A stretch of DNA of 64,000 nucleotides from Candidatus Saccharimonadales bacterium (GCA_041742395.1 JBGSIS010000018.1:39505-103504); one strand, 5' to 3'; counted from the stretch's first letter, positions 48,847 through 57,830 are shown. Notes: generated by a model from the letters alone, not told the origin. A program made the numbers and translations.

Positions 48847-49724
48847 TACTGTAAATCCCTTTCTAAGTTAGGCTGTGGAGCGTTACCTTCACCCTTGGTT
48901 ATTATTGGTACGCTAAGTTCATCAAAGTTTTTGAGCTGTTGTCTGGTGGCGGTATCAGGGTTATATACATCATAGTAAAGCTCGATTAATTCTTGAGTAT
49001 CTAGAGGTATACTTTTTATACCAGCATCTTGAAGACCTCCAAGAACAGCTTGAACTCGATTTCTAAGTTCTTCTTTGGCTTTTTCTAAATCATGTTCATT
49101 GATAGTTACGTGTTGCTCTTTACTAGCAAACATATCTTTGAGTCCTGTAAAAAAATTCTTACTTTGGGTAATAGCTTGCTGAACGTCGGCAACCGGGAAA
49201 AACGGAATAATTACGTAAAATTTCTTATCCATAATATTTGTTTGTTGAGCTAAAGCATCAATATATCCAATGTAGTCTTCCATTAGTAATGCCAAAAGCA
49301 TATTATCGTGTTCTGACCGTATTTTATCTAGCTTTTCGATATAGGGTCTTAGATCGACCTTTCTAGAGTTTACAAATATTTGAACTGGGAAATAAAGTGA
49401 ATTCAAAAAGCCTTGATAGGCAAATTCAACTGAATCTCTTTCTTGGGGGCTCATTAAATCAAAGTTTATAGATTTTGCCATTACGACTGCTCGGAACGAA
49501 CCGTCGTTCATTATAACGATACCATCGCGAATTTCGGCAATTTGTAGGGTATTTTGAGTACTATCAGGATTACTTTTTATCTGGGGTTGAGCTTGAGGTT
49601 GATTTGTTCCGGTAACTGGTACTTGGCCTGGGTACTGCTGTTGTGGTTGCTGGGGTGCAGAATAACCTCCATTGTCGTATGGAGTTTGTGTGTTCGGTGC
49701 TTGATTTGGAAAATCAGGATTCAT
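48846..49724 (-). CDS. T4SS-associated hypothetical protein (Q/P-rich N-terminus; VirB4 N-domain-like core)
   Basis: 292 aa whose stop overlaps the virB4 start by 1 nt. The core LQIAEIRDGIVIMNDGSFRAVVMAKSINFDLMSPQERD...FPVQIFVNSRKVDL resembles the N-terminal, non-ATPase domain of VirB4-type proteins. There is no Walker motif. Confidence 0.4.
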   Translation of the reverse strand: MNPDFPNQAPNTQTPYDNGGYSAPQQPQQQYPGQVPVTGTNQPQAQPQIKSNPDSTQNTLQIAEIRDGIVIMNDGSFRAVVMAKSINFDLMSPQERDSVEFAYQGFLNSLYFPVQIFVNSRKVDLRPYIEKLDKIRSEHDNMLLALLMEDYIGYIDALAQQTNIMDKKFYVIIPFFPVADVQQAITQSKNFFTGLKDMFASKEQHVTINEHDLEKAKEELRNRVQAVLGGLQDAGIKSIPLDTQELIELYYDVYNPDTATRQQLKNFDELSVPIITKGEGNAPQPNLERDLQ

Positions 49725-49754
49725 TAATTTATTAGCCCACCTCCGAGTAAAGAT

Positions 49755-50711
49755 TTAGCGAAGCGATATCACAACCTCGTCATTATCTTCGTCAATTTCT
49801 CTAACAGCACGACGTTCGTAAGTTGCAACACTTAAGTCGTTGTTAATTGCAGGGTTAATTATAGCAGGTTTATCGGTTTCTTTCACTTTAGGATGACTGT
49901 TTTCGTGTGGTTTTTCAGAAACATTATTAACGCTGTTTTTGTTGTCGTTTTTGTGGGGTTTTGGTAACGGTGTGATTTCTGTGTCGAGAATCGCTTCTGG
50001 AGCAAACCAATCAATATTATCTTCTTCAACTGAAGAAGGCAAAGTTGCCATGTGTGACATTTGATCTCTTTGGGCTTGCTTAGTTTTTGCGATGTGCTCA
50101 GAAAATTGCTGAGAAATTCCACTATCTAGCTGGTCAAATGGAGTGGCAATAGTCTCAGACGAAATAATTGGGTCGTCAGTACTGACATCGACAAGTCTGT
50201 CTGTAGGAGTAGTCATCCCAACGTTAGCAATCGGGCTTTGATAAGCTGGTTGATGTTGATTAAACATGTTCACACCTACATTTTTAACAGCCCACCCTCT
50301 AGTATCTAGTGTGTTTGCGAGTGCTTTTAGTCTGTTTTGAGCTTCTTCTCTTGAAAAATCTTTAGTAAGTTGGCGTTCTATTTTTTTAGGAACGGTAATA
50401 GTTACTAGTTCCTTCATGCCGGTTTGGTCCCAAATTCTCCTGCGAGGCTTAAAGAAAAATCTAACTTTAGCTAGTAGCCAAATTTCATTTGATTGGTCAT
50501 GCCCAAACGGAGCTGCCAAAACTGCAAAGAAAATTAAAGAAGGTAATAAAAAAATAATAAAATACTTTATTGGCCCAGGAGCAGTTAACATTAAATAACC
50601 AACAAATAGCTGAACTACAACTAAAATTAAGTAAATAAACTGTCTAAAAGACAGAGGTCCTAGAAGTTTATCCTCGGCCTCAATATCTTGAATAACCTTA
50701 TACTGTCCCAT
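49755..50711 (-). CDS. PrgI/VirB3-like T4SS membrane protein
   Basis: 318 aa. The N-terminal MGQYKVIQDIEAEDKLLGPLSFRQFIYL followed by two TM helices matches the PrgI-family signature. The long C-terminal tail is of unknown function. Confidence 0.6.
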   Translation of the reverse strand: MGQYKVIQDIEAEDKLLGPLSFRQFIYLILVVVQLFVGYLMLTAPGPIKYFIIFLLPSLIFFAVLAAPFGHDQSNEIWLLAKVRFFFKPRRRIWDQTGMKELVTITVPKKIERQLTKDFSREEAQNRLKALANTLDTRGWAVKNVGVNMFNQHQPAYQSPIANVGMTTPTDRLVDVSTDDPIISSETIATPFDQLDSGISQQFSEHIAKTKQAQRDQMSHMATLPSSVEEDNIDWFAPEAILDTEITPLPKPHKNDNKNSVNNVSEKPHENSHPKVKETDKPAIINPAINNDLSVATYERRAVREIDEDNDEVVISLR

Positions 50712-50756
50712 ACTAAGGATAAGTATTACTGAAAATCAGCTATCTATCAAGTGGTA

Positions 50757-51515
50757 CTAAAGTAAATTGTCTTCGGGGCTATTGCTTGCTTGACTAATTC
50801 TATCAATTTCTTCCTGAGCTGCAGCTACAGCCTGTTCATGTTTTTCTACCCTGCTGTTTGCTCTATTTCTTCTTCCGTCTCTCCATCGGGAAAGAATTGG
50901 TTGTCTTGCAGCTCTACCTGTCCGCTTTATAACCCTTTTGGATGCATTTCTGGTTCTTTTTTGTTCTGCGTTTTCTCCCATTGGAGTATTTGCTCTAGAC
51001 TCAATTTTTTTAAGTCGAGCTTCTCTTGGAGAAACATTTCCTGTTATTTGATCAATGTCATGTCTAGCGACTTCTACTCTTCCTTTTGCTCTAGAAGATA
51101 AGCTCATTGAGTTGCTTTTTTCACCTCCGAAGGCTTTTACGGTGATATCTCTATCTGCTTGTTCGACTTCTCTTTTCCATCTCTTGCTTTCTAGTCTGCG
51201 CGCCATTATTCTCTCTGGGATAGTTCTAGTACTTGTCCCCTCATCTTCTATATTAGTTCTACCGGGAGTTTTTACTAAATTACCATCACTGTCAAATTGC
51301 TTTCTTCCAAGAACATCTTTTACAACTTCTTGCGGTTCTTCAACTATAGCTCCAGTTGCTACATCACCTAAATGCCCATAAAGTTCATCTTTATGGTCCA
51401 TTCTATCAATAACTTCTCTTGATGAGTCAATAGCTGACTGTGAAGCCAATATTCTACTATTAAGTTCGTCTATCCTAGACTGTTCATCACCTGTATTTGT
51501 TTCTGGGTTTGACAT
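50757..51515 (-). CDS. highly charged, Arg/Lys-rich soluble hypothetical protein
   Basis: 252 aa with no hydrophobic segment. The basic C-terminal half is RTRNASKRVIKRTGRAARQPILSRWRDGRRNRANSR. It lies inside the T4SS-like operon. Confidence 0.5.
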   Translation of the reverse strand: MSNPETNTGDEQSRIDELNSRILASQSAIDSSREVIDRMDHKDELYGHLGDVATGAIVEEPQEVVKDVLGRKQFDSDGNLVKTPGRTNIEDEGTSTRTIPERIMARRLESKRWKREVEQADRDITVKAFGGEKSNSMSLSSRAKGRVEVARHDIDQITGNVSPREARLKKIESRANTPMGENAEQKRTRNASKRVIKRTGRAARQPILSRWRDGRRNRANSRVEKHEQAVAAAQEEIDRISQASNSPEDNLL

Positions 51516-51561
51516 GCTGTTATATTATCACAAATATAGAGAAAAGTCAACGAATCAAGAC

Positions 51562-53349
51562 TTAAATATGGTTAGGGTCAGGTCTTTCGTAAGTTCTAGC
51601 TTCTCTCTCAGCTTCTTTACCGTACTTTACAGTTCTATCATATTGTCTAGTTCCTGCTGCTTGCTCAGCAGCTGTCCAGTTAGTAGTCACATGAGCTACA
51701 TAATTAGGGTCGAACCTAATGTTTGTGTTGTCCATTTTCTCTCTATCAAGAATCTCAGTATCTTGACGAATATAATCGGTTGAATCATGCTGCGAAAGAG
51801 TTCCTGGTCCACCTCCGACTGCACCGATACTCTCGAGTCTATTAATTTGATCTACAATAGCATTTCTAGATTCTCCGGTGGCATTAGGTAGCATTGCTTT
51901 AAGTTCTTTATGTGCAACGGAAGCATTATGCATTCTTGCGACGTTACCACTGGATAGGTCCGCTGCTATTTCATTACCCCAGCCATTTATTGATGCTGGT
52001 TGAGAATTTGCAAGCTGATAAAGTGAAGTTCTAGCAGCTCCAGCAGTAGCTGTACTTGCTCCAATATCGTACCTGCCGGCGTTTCTTGAATGAAACTGAA
52101 AACTTCCTTCAAGATTTTCTTTCATGGCTGTATTATCTCCGGCGAGTCTATTCATTCCTCTATCAATGATACCGCTATTACCCGCAGAAATTGCTCTGCT
52201 TTTATTTTGGGCGAGGGTGGTTAGTGCACCTTGTGCGTTTGCTCTGCTAAATCCAACGGCTTTAGCACCAGCAAGAGCTCTGTCTCGTTTCTTTTTTGCA
52301 TCTCCGGCAGCCATACCTCCGTTTATCCAATCTTGCATCAGTTCGTCAGCAGCTTGTGAAGCACCTGCAGCTGAACCTCCACTAAGAGCCATCACTGCGT
52401 TAGCATCATCATTAAACTGTAATTTATTAAGAGCAGGGTTCTTCAACGCTTCTTCTGCGGCGGTTTGGCTGGACAAATCTAAAGCTTGATTGCCTCTTTC
52501 GCCAAATCCATACAATCCTTTAGCCCCAACTCCTATGCCACCACCCACTCTGTTTACTCTTCTAGTAAATGCGTTTCTTTCACTGAATCGACTACCTGCC
52601 TTAAAGTCAGTCAAATTTTTAGCTTGGGTTTGTTGTCTTCTGTTGCGAAGTCTATCAAACGCACCCTTGGACTTATTATTAATAGTTCCAGTAAGAGTTT
52701 GAAATACTCCACCCGCCAGCTGGAAAGTCTTTGGAATAAGGTAAAACGGACCAAAAACACATGCAATAACAAAGAAGAAATTTATGATATTATCAAAAGC
52801 TGAAAAACTTTCACTATCTGCTCCTACTCCTGCGACTACTGATGCTAAGACCCTACCGGTTGCTAGTAATCCCAAAATGATTGGATAGACTAGAAGTAGT
52901 TTAAAATAGCTGTCCCACCACATTTTCCACCATTTTTCGGTTCCTGGTAATATCCACGCAACTAAAGCTAATGGCGAGATGATAAGTAAAGCCACAATAG
53001 CAACTTGCCTGAATAGTAATAACCCAAAGGCAATTAGAATTCCAAGTAATGCAATTCCTGCTGTTGCTAGTACGCCACCAGCTGCTAAGGCGAATCCCCC
53101 AACTGCAAGTCCTGCAGCAATTGCAGAAAAAGCTCCTAATCCAGAAGCGCCCTCCATTTGAGATAATATATTTGATAGCGTTAAACTCTCTGCTCCTCCA
53201 AAAGGTGCATATATTAGCGCCTCTATTCCGTACGCGATATTGTTAATTACAACTATAAGGCCAGTAAATAGGAACCAGGATAATTGAATTAAAATAACTG
53301 CTGCTACTAGTCTCGGGACTATTTTTTTTACAGTATATGCATCAAACAT
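51562..53349 (-). CDS. VirB6/TrbL-like polytopic T4SS membrane protein
   Basis: 595 aa. The N-terminal region of about 230 aa has about 6 hydrophobic helices (Gly/Ala/Leu/Ile-rich), followed by a soluble C-terminal domain of about 350 aa. It sits in the position and has the topology of VirB6/TrbL/PrgH-type channel proteins. Confidence 0.55.
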   Translation of the reverse strand: MFDAYTVKKIVPRLVAAVILIQLSWFLFTGLIVVINNIAYGIEALIYAPFGGAESLTLSNILSQMEGASGLGAFSAIAAGLAVGGFALAAGGVLATAGIALLGILIAFGLLLFRQVAIVALLIISPLALVAWILPGTEKWWKMWWDSYFKLLLVYPIILGLLATGRVLASVVAGVGADSESFSAFDNIINFFFVIACVFGPFYLIPKTFQLAGGVFQTLTGTINNKSKGAFDRLRNRRQQTQAKNLTDFKAGSRFSERNAFTRRVNRVGGGIGVGAKGLYGFGERGNQALDLSSQTAAEEALKNPALNKLQFNDDANAVMALSGGSAAGASQAADELMQDWINGGMAAGDAKKKRDRALAGAKAVGFSRANAQGALTTLAQNKSRAISAGNSGIIDRGMNRLAGDNTAMKENLEGSFQFHSRNAGRYDIGASTATAGAARTSLYQLANSQPASINGWGNEIAADLSSGNVARMHNASVAHKELKAMLPNATGESRNAIVDQINRLESIGAVGGGPGTLSQHDSTDYIRQDTEILDREKMDNTNIRFDPNYVAHVTTNWTAAEQAAGTRQYDRTVKYGKEAEREARTYERPDPNHI

Positions 53350-53351
53350 AA

Positions 53352-54407
53352 TTATTCTTTACTAACCGCTTGGCCAATTATCATTATTAATGCAATTACA
53401 ACTAGAGCTAAACTGGCTATGTTTCTCATATAACTCCAAGCTTGCTTTAATTTAGGATCAGTGTATTGTTCTGGCTGTAAATCTAATAAGTCATCAACTG
53501 CTCCAGCGATTCCTCCACTTCCTTTAGTTCCTCCAGTCAAGACGCTATCAATACCTCCAATCATTCCGCACAGCAACCAGTCCAAGTTGTCGTTGTTGTT
53601 ACTTTCGCAGGTTGCCTGTTGTGCTTCTGTGTTTTCAGAATTACTACCAGTATCTGAACTTTGTTTCACAATAGCTGAATACTTATCAGCTTTCTGATTC
53701 ATTTGTTGTGCAATTGTATTACAAGACATTCTTTGGTCATTTCTGCCGTCTCCATCAAGTCCGAAGCCAACTGGCACAAGACCATCTTCAAAAATGTACT
53801 TCTTTGTTGTTGTGTTGCCGTTTGCATCAACAATTTTTACACTATCTCCACTTTCGTTTTCAGAAGAAGAACACTCTTTATTAAAAGCGGCAATTAAAGC
53901 TGCGTATTGTGCTTCAGCGCCTATCCCTCCAGTACCTATTTCAAACTTGTCTTTTTGATAAGAAGATATTGAAGACCTAACTTCGTTTTTACCTTTTTTT
54001 AATATAAAATCATTTTTCTCTTTCACGTAGATACCCGTATCAAGTAGAAATTCAACAGGATCTATCTTGGCATTTTTAAATAAGTTTTTAATGTCAGAGT
54101 TAAGGTTTTCACACGAAACTCTTCCATCTTCAGATTTTTCAATTAGCCACCCAGAATCTACTACATGATTAGGGTCAAATAAACCGTCTTTAAAGATATA
54201 CCCTTTTTCAATATCTGAAACACTTAATTCTTGTCTAAATCCTTGTTCAGTTGAACATGAAGATATTGTCAATGTTGCATTCCAAGCTGTCGCTTGTTCT
54301 GTCGGTGATGGTGCTGCACTTGCTGTTTCAATTTTTAGTAGTGGAAAAATTAGGGAAAACAAAATAAACAAAGGAAAAACTATTCCAAAAAGCTTGTGTT
54401 TTGTCAT
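53352..54407 (-). CDS. secreted protein with a C-terminal TM anchor (first gene of the T4SS-like operon)
   Basis: 351 aa with a signal peptide (LLKIETASA/AP), several Cys residues and a C-terminal helix (IASLALVVIALIMIIGQAV). Confidence 0.5.
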   Translation of the reverse strand: MTKHKLFGIVFPLFILFSLIFPLLKIETASAAPSPTEQATAWNATLTISSCSTEQGFRQELSVSDIEKGYIFKDGLFDPNHVVDSGWLIEKSEDGRVSCENLNSDIKNLFKNAKIDPVEFLLDTGIYVKEKNDFILKKGKNEVRSSISSYQKDKFEIGTGGIGAEAQYAALIAAFNKECSSSENESGDSVKIVDANGNTTTKKYIFEDGLVPVGFGLDGDGRNDQRMSCNTIAQQMNQKADKYSAIVKQSSDTGSNSENTEAQQATCESNNNDNLDWLLCGMIGGIDSVLTGGTKGSGGIAGAVDDLLDLQPEQYTDPKLKQAWSYMRNIASLALVVIALIMIIGQAVSKE

Positions 54408-54527
54408 TACTCGTAAATTATATGTTAATTATTTATCCTAAGCAATCAGTTAGTAAGATGTTTTAAATATAAAAAAACTAATCTATAATTAGAATAGTAA
54501 TTTTATGAAATACAGAAATAAATTATC

Positions 54528-55028
54528 GTGAACCAAGAAAACAGCAATCAGCCAGTTAACTACGACTTTATAACCAGTCAAGGCGGTGGCATGGAAACCA
54601 AGAAACCTAAGGATAGAAAACTTATAGTTATAATTGTATTGTCAATAGTTACTATATTAATGACTATCTTTCTAATGTTGGCTACTAAAAACTCAACTAA
54701 AGAAGTAACTAGAACTGATGAAATTGTAACTTCGAAGCACATAAGGCTAGTTAATGAGGGTAATTTCTCGGAAGCAATTATTCTGCATGCTGGCTCACAA
54801 GAAATATCTGAAGAAGTATATAAATATTTTTGGGGAAACGTTATGACTGGTCGTTACGATTTTGCGAAGTGTAACTTTAGTAAAAATCCAGAAAAGGCAG
54901 AAGACTCATTTATATATAAAGTAGAGTGCCCCTTGAAAAACGATTCTACGCAAATGAGGGTAATAAAATATAAAATTGCTAACAGTAGTGGCTTAATAGA
55001 GAGCATTACTGATTTGGGTGAAGAGTGA
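54528..55028 (+). CDS. membrane-anchored hypothetical protein
   Basis: 166 aa with a GTG start and one TM (LIVIIVLSIVTILMTIFLML). It is divergent from the T4SS operon and lies upstream of the pilin array. Confidence 0.45.
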   Translation: MNQENSNQPVNYDFITSQGGGMETKKPKDRKLIVIIVLSIVTILMTIFLMLATKNSTKEVTRTDEIVTSKHIRLVNEGNFSEAIILHAGSQEISEEVYKYFWGNVMTGRYDFAKCNFSKNPEKAEDSFIYKVECPLKNDSTQMRVIKYKIANSSGLIESITDLGEE

Positions 55029-55104
55029 GAATAGATAACATGAGCTCATATTTACTTCTCCCCTTATCCATGATTAAATCAAATTTAATTGGCAGATTGT
55101 TTAT

Positions 55105-55914
55105 ATGATCAAAACGAAAATAATTATTCCCGCGATATTAATAGCGTTATTATTTATGCTATTTATTGGTGTTAAGTCATCAGAAGCAGCACCGCAGTGT
55201 TTTATTCAGGGCGCTGGCGGTACTAGAACACCCTATTCTGGACCTTGTAGTGATGGACAAGGAGGCTACATTCAAGAAGACAGTAACAACTGTTATTTTG
55301 TGACACAATTTGGAGCTACCCCAATAAATTGCGATACAAGTCAGGCTACGCCTATAGCAAAGTGTTTTAACGTGCGTAATTCCAGTGTAGCGGGGAGTGA
55401 TGGTGTTCCTATTTTTGGATATGAGAGAGTGCAAGATAAAAACTGTTCTGAGTTAGCAAGTATTTTTCCCGGAATTAATCCTTTGAAAGACACTTGTTAT
55501 GTAATTGGGGGTGGTGCTAGTGGAATAGGTGCTGTTGAGATACCTTGTGCAGATATTTTGGCTGAAGAAGTAAAATACCAGAACACAATTAGTCAAAAAA
55601 ACACAGACACCGAACTCAGTAACGCTAGCCGAGAAGAGGCTTTAGAGAATTGCAAAACAGCCGACCAGGAATGTTTTGATAAAAACCCAATAGTTGTTAT
55701 GTTGAAGTTTGCTATAAACTTCTTTGCTGGATTAGTAGGTGTTATAGTGACAATTGTGATAATCTTGGCCGGTATTCAATACAGCTCTGCGGGAGGAGAT
55801 CCTGGAAAAGCTGCTAGCGCAAAAAAACATATATTTAACGCTATTTTGGCACTTATTGCATTCATTTTTCTATGGGCATTTATGCAGTGGCTTATACCTG
55901 GAGGATTACTATAA
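55105..55914 (+). CDS. TrbC/VirB2-like T4SS pilin paralogue 1 with a large Cys-rich ectodomain
   Basis: 269 aa with a signal peptide (GVKSSEA/AP) and a variable region of about 170 aa containing about 11 Cys. The C-terminal module is helix-AGIQYSSAGGDPGKAASAKKHIFNAILALIAFIF-helix. Confidence 0.6.
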   Translation: MIKTKIIIPAILIALLFMLFIGVKSSEAAPQCFIQGAGGTRTPYSGPCSDGQGGYIQEDSNNCYFVTQFGATPINCDTSQATPIAKCFNVRNSSVAGSDGVPIFGYERVQDKNCSELASIFPGINPLKDTCYVIGGGASGIGAVEIPCADILAEEVKYQNTISQKNTDTELSNASREEALENCKTADQECFDKNPIVVMLKFAINFFAGLVGVIVTIVIILAGIQYSSAGGDPGKAASAKKHIFNAILALIAFIFLWAFMQWLIPGGLL

Positions 55915-56559
55915 ATGTTTAGTTTTTTGACCAACTTTGCGCAAACATGTGAAACAGTACCTGATGTATGGGGTATACCCACCTGGTATAAATACCTACC
56001 AAGTGCATATAATCCAATAACTAAGCAGTGTGAGCTACTCTATGGTACAGAATTTAGTTTTACCAATGTTTCATATTTACTAGGAGTTGGTTTGGCAATC
56101 GGTGAAATTTTACTAAGAATCGTAGCTATAGTCGCCGTGGCTTATATAATCTATGGCGGATTTCAGTACTTGATTAGCCAGGGTGAACCAGATCGGACGA
56201 GAGCAGCTAAGGATACGATAGTTAATGCGTTAGTCGGTCTTGTTATTGCTATATTGGCAACCACAATAGTTTCGTTTATTGGTAATAGATTAAGTGGAAA
56301 TGCCGGTACGACAGAACTTGGACTACCGAAAGTAGTCTTCGACACCCAAACTATACCGGGAATAATAGGTATCGTTATGGCTGTAATGGGGGCTGTGTGT
56401 TTAATAATAATTACCGCAGCTGGCCTAAAATACACACTATCTATGGGAGATCCGAATGCTACAAAAAAAGCTAAAGACACTATCCTTTATGCATTTATTG
56501 GATTGTTGGTAGCGATTTTGGCGACAACTTTAGTAACAATAGTAACGGGGCAAATATAA
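55915..56559 (+). CDS. tandem double pilin-module protein (paralogue 2)
   Basis: 214 aa with no obvious cleavable signal peptide. It carries two copies of the module: YGGFQYLISQGEPDRTRAAKDTIVNALVGLVIAIL and AAGLKYTLSMGDPNATKKAKDTILYAFIGLLVAIL. Its ATG directly abuts the upstream TAA (TAAATG). Confidence 0.6.
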   Translation: MFSFLTNFAQTCETVPDVWGIPTWYKYLPSAYNPITKQCELLYGTEFSFTNVSYLLGVGLAIGEILLRIVAIVAVAYIIYGGFQYLISQGEPDRTRAAKDTIVNALVGLVIAILATTIVSFIGNRLSGNAGTTELGLPKVVFDTQTIPGIIGIVMAVMGAVCLIIITAAGLKYTLSMGDPNATKKAKDTILYAFIGLLVAILATTLVTIVTGQI

Positions 56560-56933
56560 TGAGAAGAATATTGATCGTAATGACAATTTTATCAGGTATG
56601 TTATTTTTGAATTTTTCTTTTGCTTCCGCTCAGTTCAATCCCAATCAGCAAGCCTGTCAGCAAAACCCTAGTTCCCCACTGTGTGCACCTACTCCAGTAG
56701 ATCCAATTGAAGGTGAAGATAGTATATTTGTTAAAGTTGCTCAAATAATTGTTTATATAACTGGAATTGCATCAGTTATTATGATAATAATTGGAGGTTT
56801 TACATACGTTACCTCACAGGGAGATCCGCAAAAGACTGCTTCTGCCAAAGATACTATCCTTTATGCAATAATTGGGTTGGTTGTGGCAATTTCAGCACAG
56901 ATATTAATAGGATTTGTAATAAATAGCATATGA
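56559..56933 (+). CDS. TrbC/VirB2-like T4SS pilin paralogue 3
   Basis: 124 aa with a signal peptide (FSFASA/QF) and a 2-Cys variable loop (ACQQNPSSPLCA). The module is IGGFTYVTSQGDPQKTASAKDTILYAIIGLVVAI. Confidence 0.7.
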   Translation: MRRILIVMTILSGMLFLNFSFASAQFNPNQQACQQNPSSPLCAPTPVDPIEGEDSIFVKVAQIIVYITGIASVIMIIIGGFTYVTSQGDPQKTASAKDTILYAIIGLVVAISAQILIGFVINSI

Positions 56934-57310
56934 TAACTTTAATGATAAAAAGAACATCAATAATTCTAGTAGTATTTGTTATGAGTGTACTCTTCTTGGG
57001 TGGAATGGCATCAGCTCAGAGTTCTTCTGAGGAGGTATGTAAGGGAGTTGAATTAGTTGGTGGTGATTGTAAGACCGATGATAGCGGTAAAGTCGACAAC
57101 TTAGTAAACGATGTAGTTAACGTTCTGACGGCAGTTATAGGAGTAATTTCAGTAATAATGATTATGATAGCTGGCTTTAAATATATCACTTCAGGAGGTG
57201 ATGCTAATAAAGTAAGTAGCGCCAAAGACACTATTCTTTATGCTGTTATTGGAATAGTGGTTGTGGTTTTTGCCCAAGTAATAGTAAAATTCGTAATAAA
57301 TAAACTATAA
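56930..57310 (+). CDS. TrbC/VirB2-like T4SS pilin paralogue 4
   Basis: 126 aa with a signal peptide (GGMASA/QS) and a 2-Cys loop (VCKGVELVGGDCK). The module is AGFKYITSGGDANKVSSAKDTILYAVIGIVVVVFAQ. Confidence 0.7.
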   Translation: MITLMIKRTSIILVVFVMSVLFLGGMASAQSSSEEVCKGVELVGGDCKTDDSGKVDNLVNDVVNVLTAVIGVISVIMIMIAGFKYITSGGDANKVSSAKDTILYAVIGIVVVVFAQVIVKFVINKL

Positions 57311-57323
57311 ATTAGGAGAAAAA

Positions 57324-57770
57324 ATGGTTTTCTTGGAAATATTAAAAAAGAATTTAGCATTGGTCTTGGCATTATTGGTTATTGCCTTTTCATTCGTGGC
57401 TGTAGTCAATTCAAGCCCAGCATATGCTGCTGTCGACTGTTCTGGTCTTAGCGGAACTGATCGAAGTAAATGTGAAATATGTAGAGGTTCTGGAGGAACT
57501 GATTATTCTAACGGCGAGTGTATCACTGGAGATAAGAATCCCGGGGATGAAGTCACTGGTATCGTAGAAACAGTTATCAGAATATTTTCTTGGGTAGTTG
57601 GAATAACATCAGTAATAATGATTATGATTGGTGGTTTTAGGTATATTACTTCGCAGGGAGACGCCAATAATGTCAGTGCTGCTAAGAATACCATTTTATA
57701 TGCAATAATTGGACTTGTTGTAGTGGCATTCGCCCAAGTAATTGTTAACTTTGTAATTGGTAAGATATAG
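57324..57770 (+). CDS. TrbC/VirB2-like T4SS pilin paralogue 5
   Basis: 148 aa with a signal peptide (SSPAYA/AV) and a 4-Cys variable segment. The module is GGFRYITSQGDANNVSAAKNTILYAIIGLVVVAFAQVIVNFV. Confidence 0.7.
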   Translation: MVFLEILKKNLALVLALLVIAFSFVAVVNSSPAYAAVDCSGLSGTDRSKCEICRGSGGTDYSNGECITGDKNPGDEVTGIVETVIRIFSWVVGITSVIMIMIGGFRYITSQGDANNVSAAKNTILYAIIGLVVVAFAQVIVNFVIGKI

Positions 57771-57830
57771 AGTTGAATATTAAAGGTGTTTTATGATATA
57801 AACTTCATAGAACTTTAAGAAAGGAACAAG

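Noticed and set aside
52124-53246. Several plus-strand ORFs (52124-52489, 52486-52803, 52490-52702, 52979-53161, 53049-53246) lie opposite the VirB6-like gene.
   Set aside because: They are Ala/Pro/Ser-rich translations typical of the antisense of a relatively GC-rich gene. The uninterrupted 595-aa minus-strand frame has coherent TM topology.
56163-57694. Minus-strand ORFs (56163-56480, 57016-57231, 57503-57694) lie opposite the pilin genes.
   Set aside because: They are antisense shadows of the repeated hydrophobic pilin modules, which explains why they resemble each other. The plus-strand frames have signal peptides, coupled starts and a terminator.
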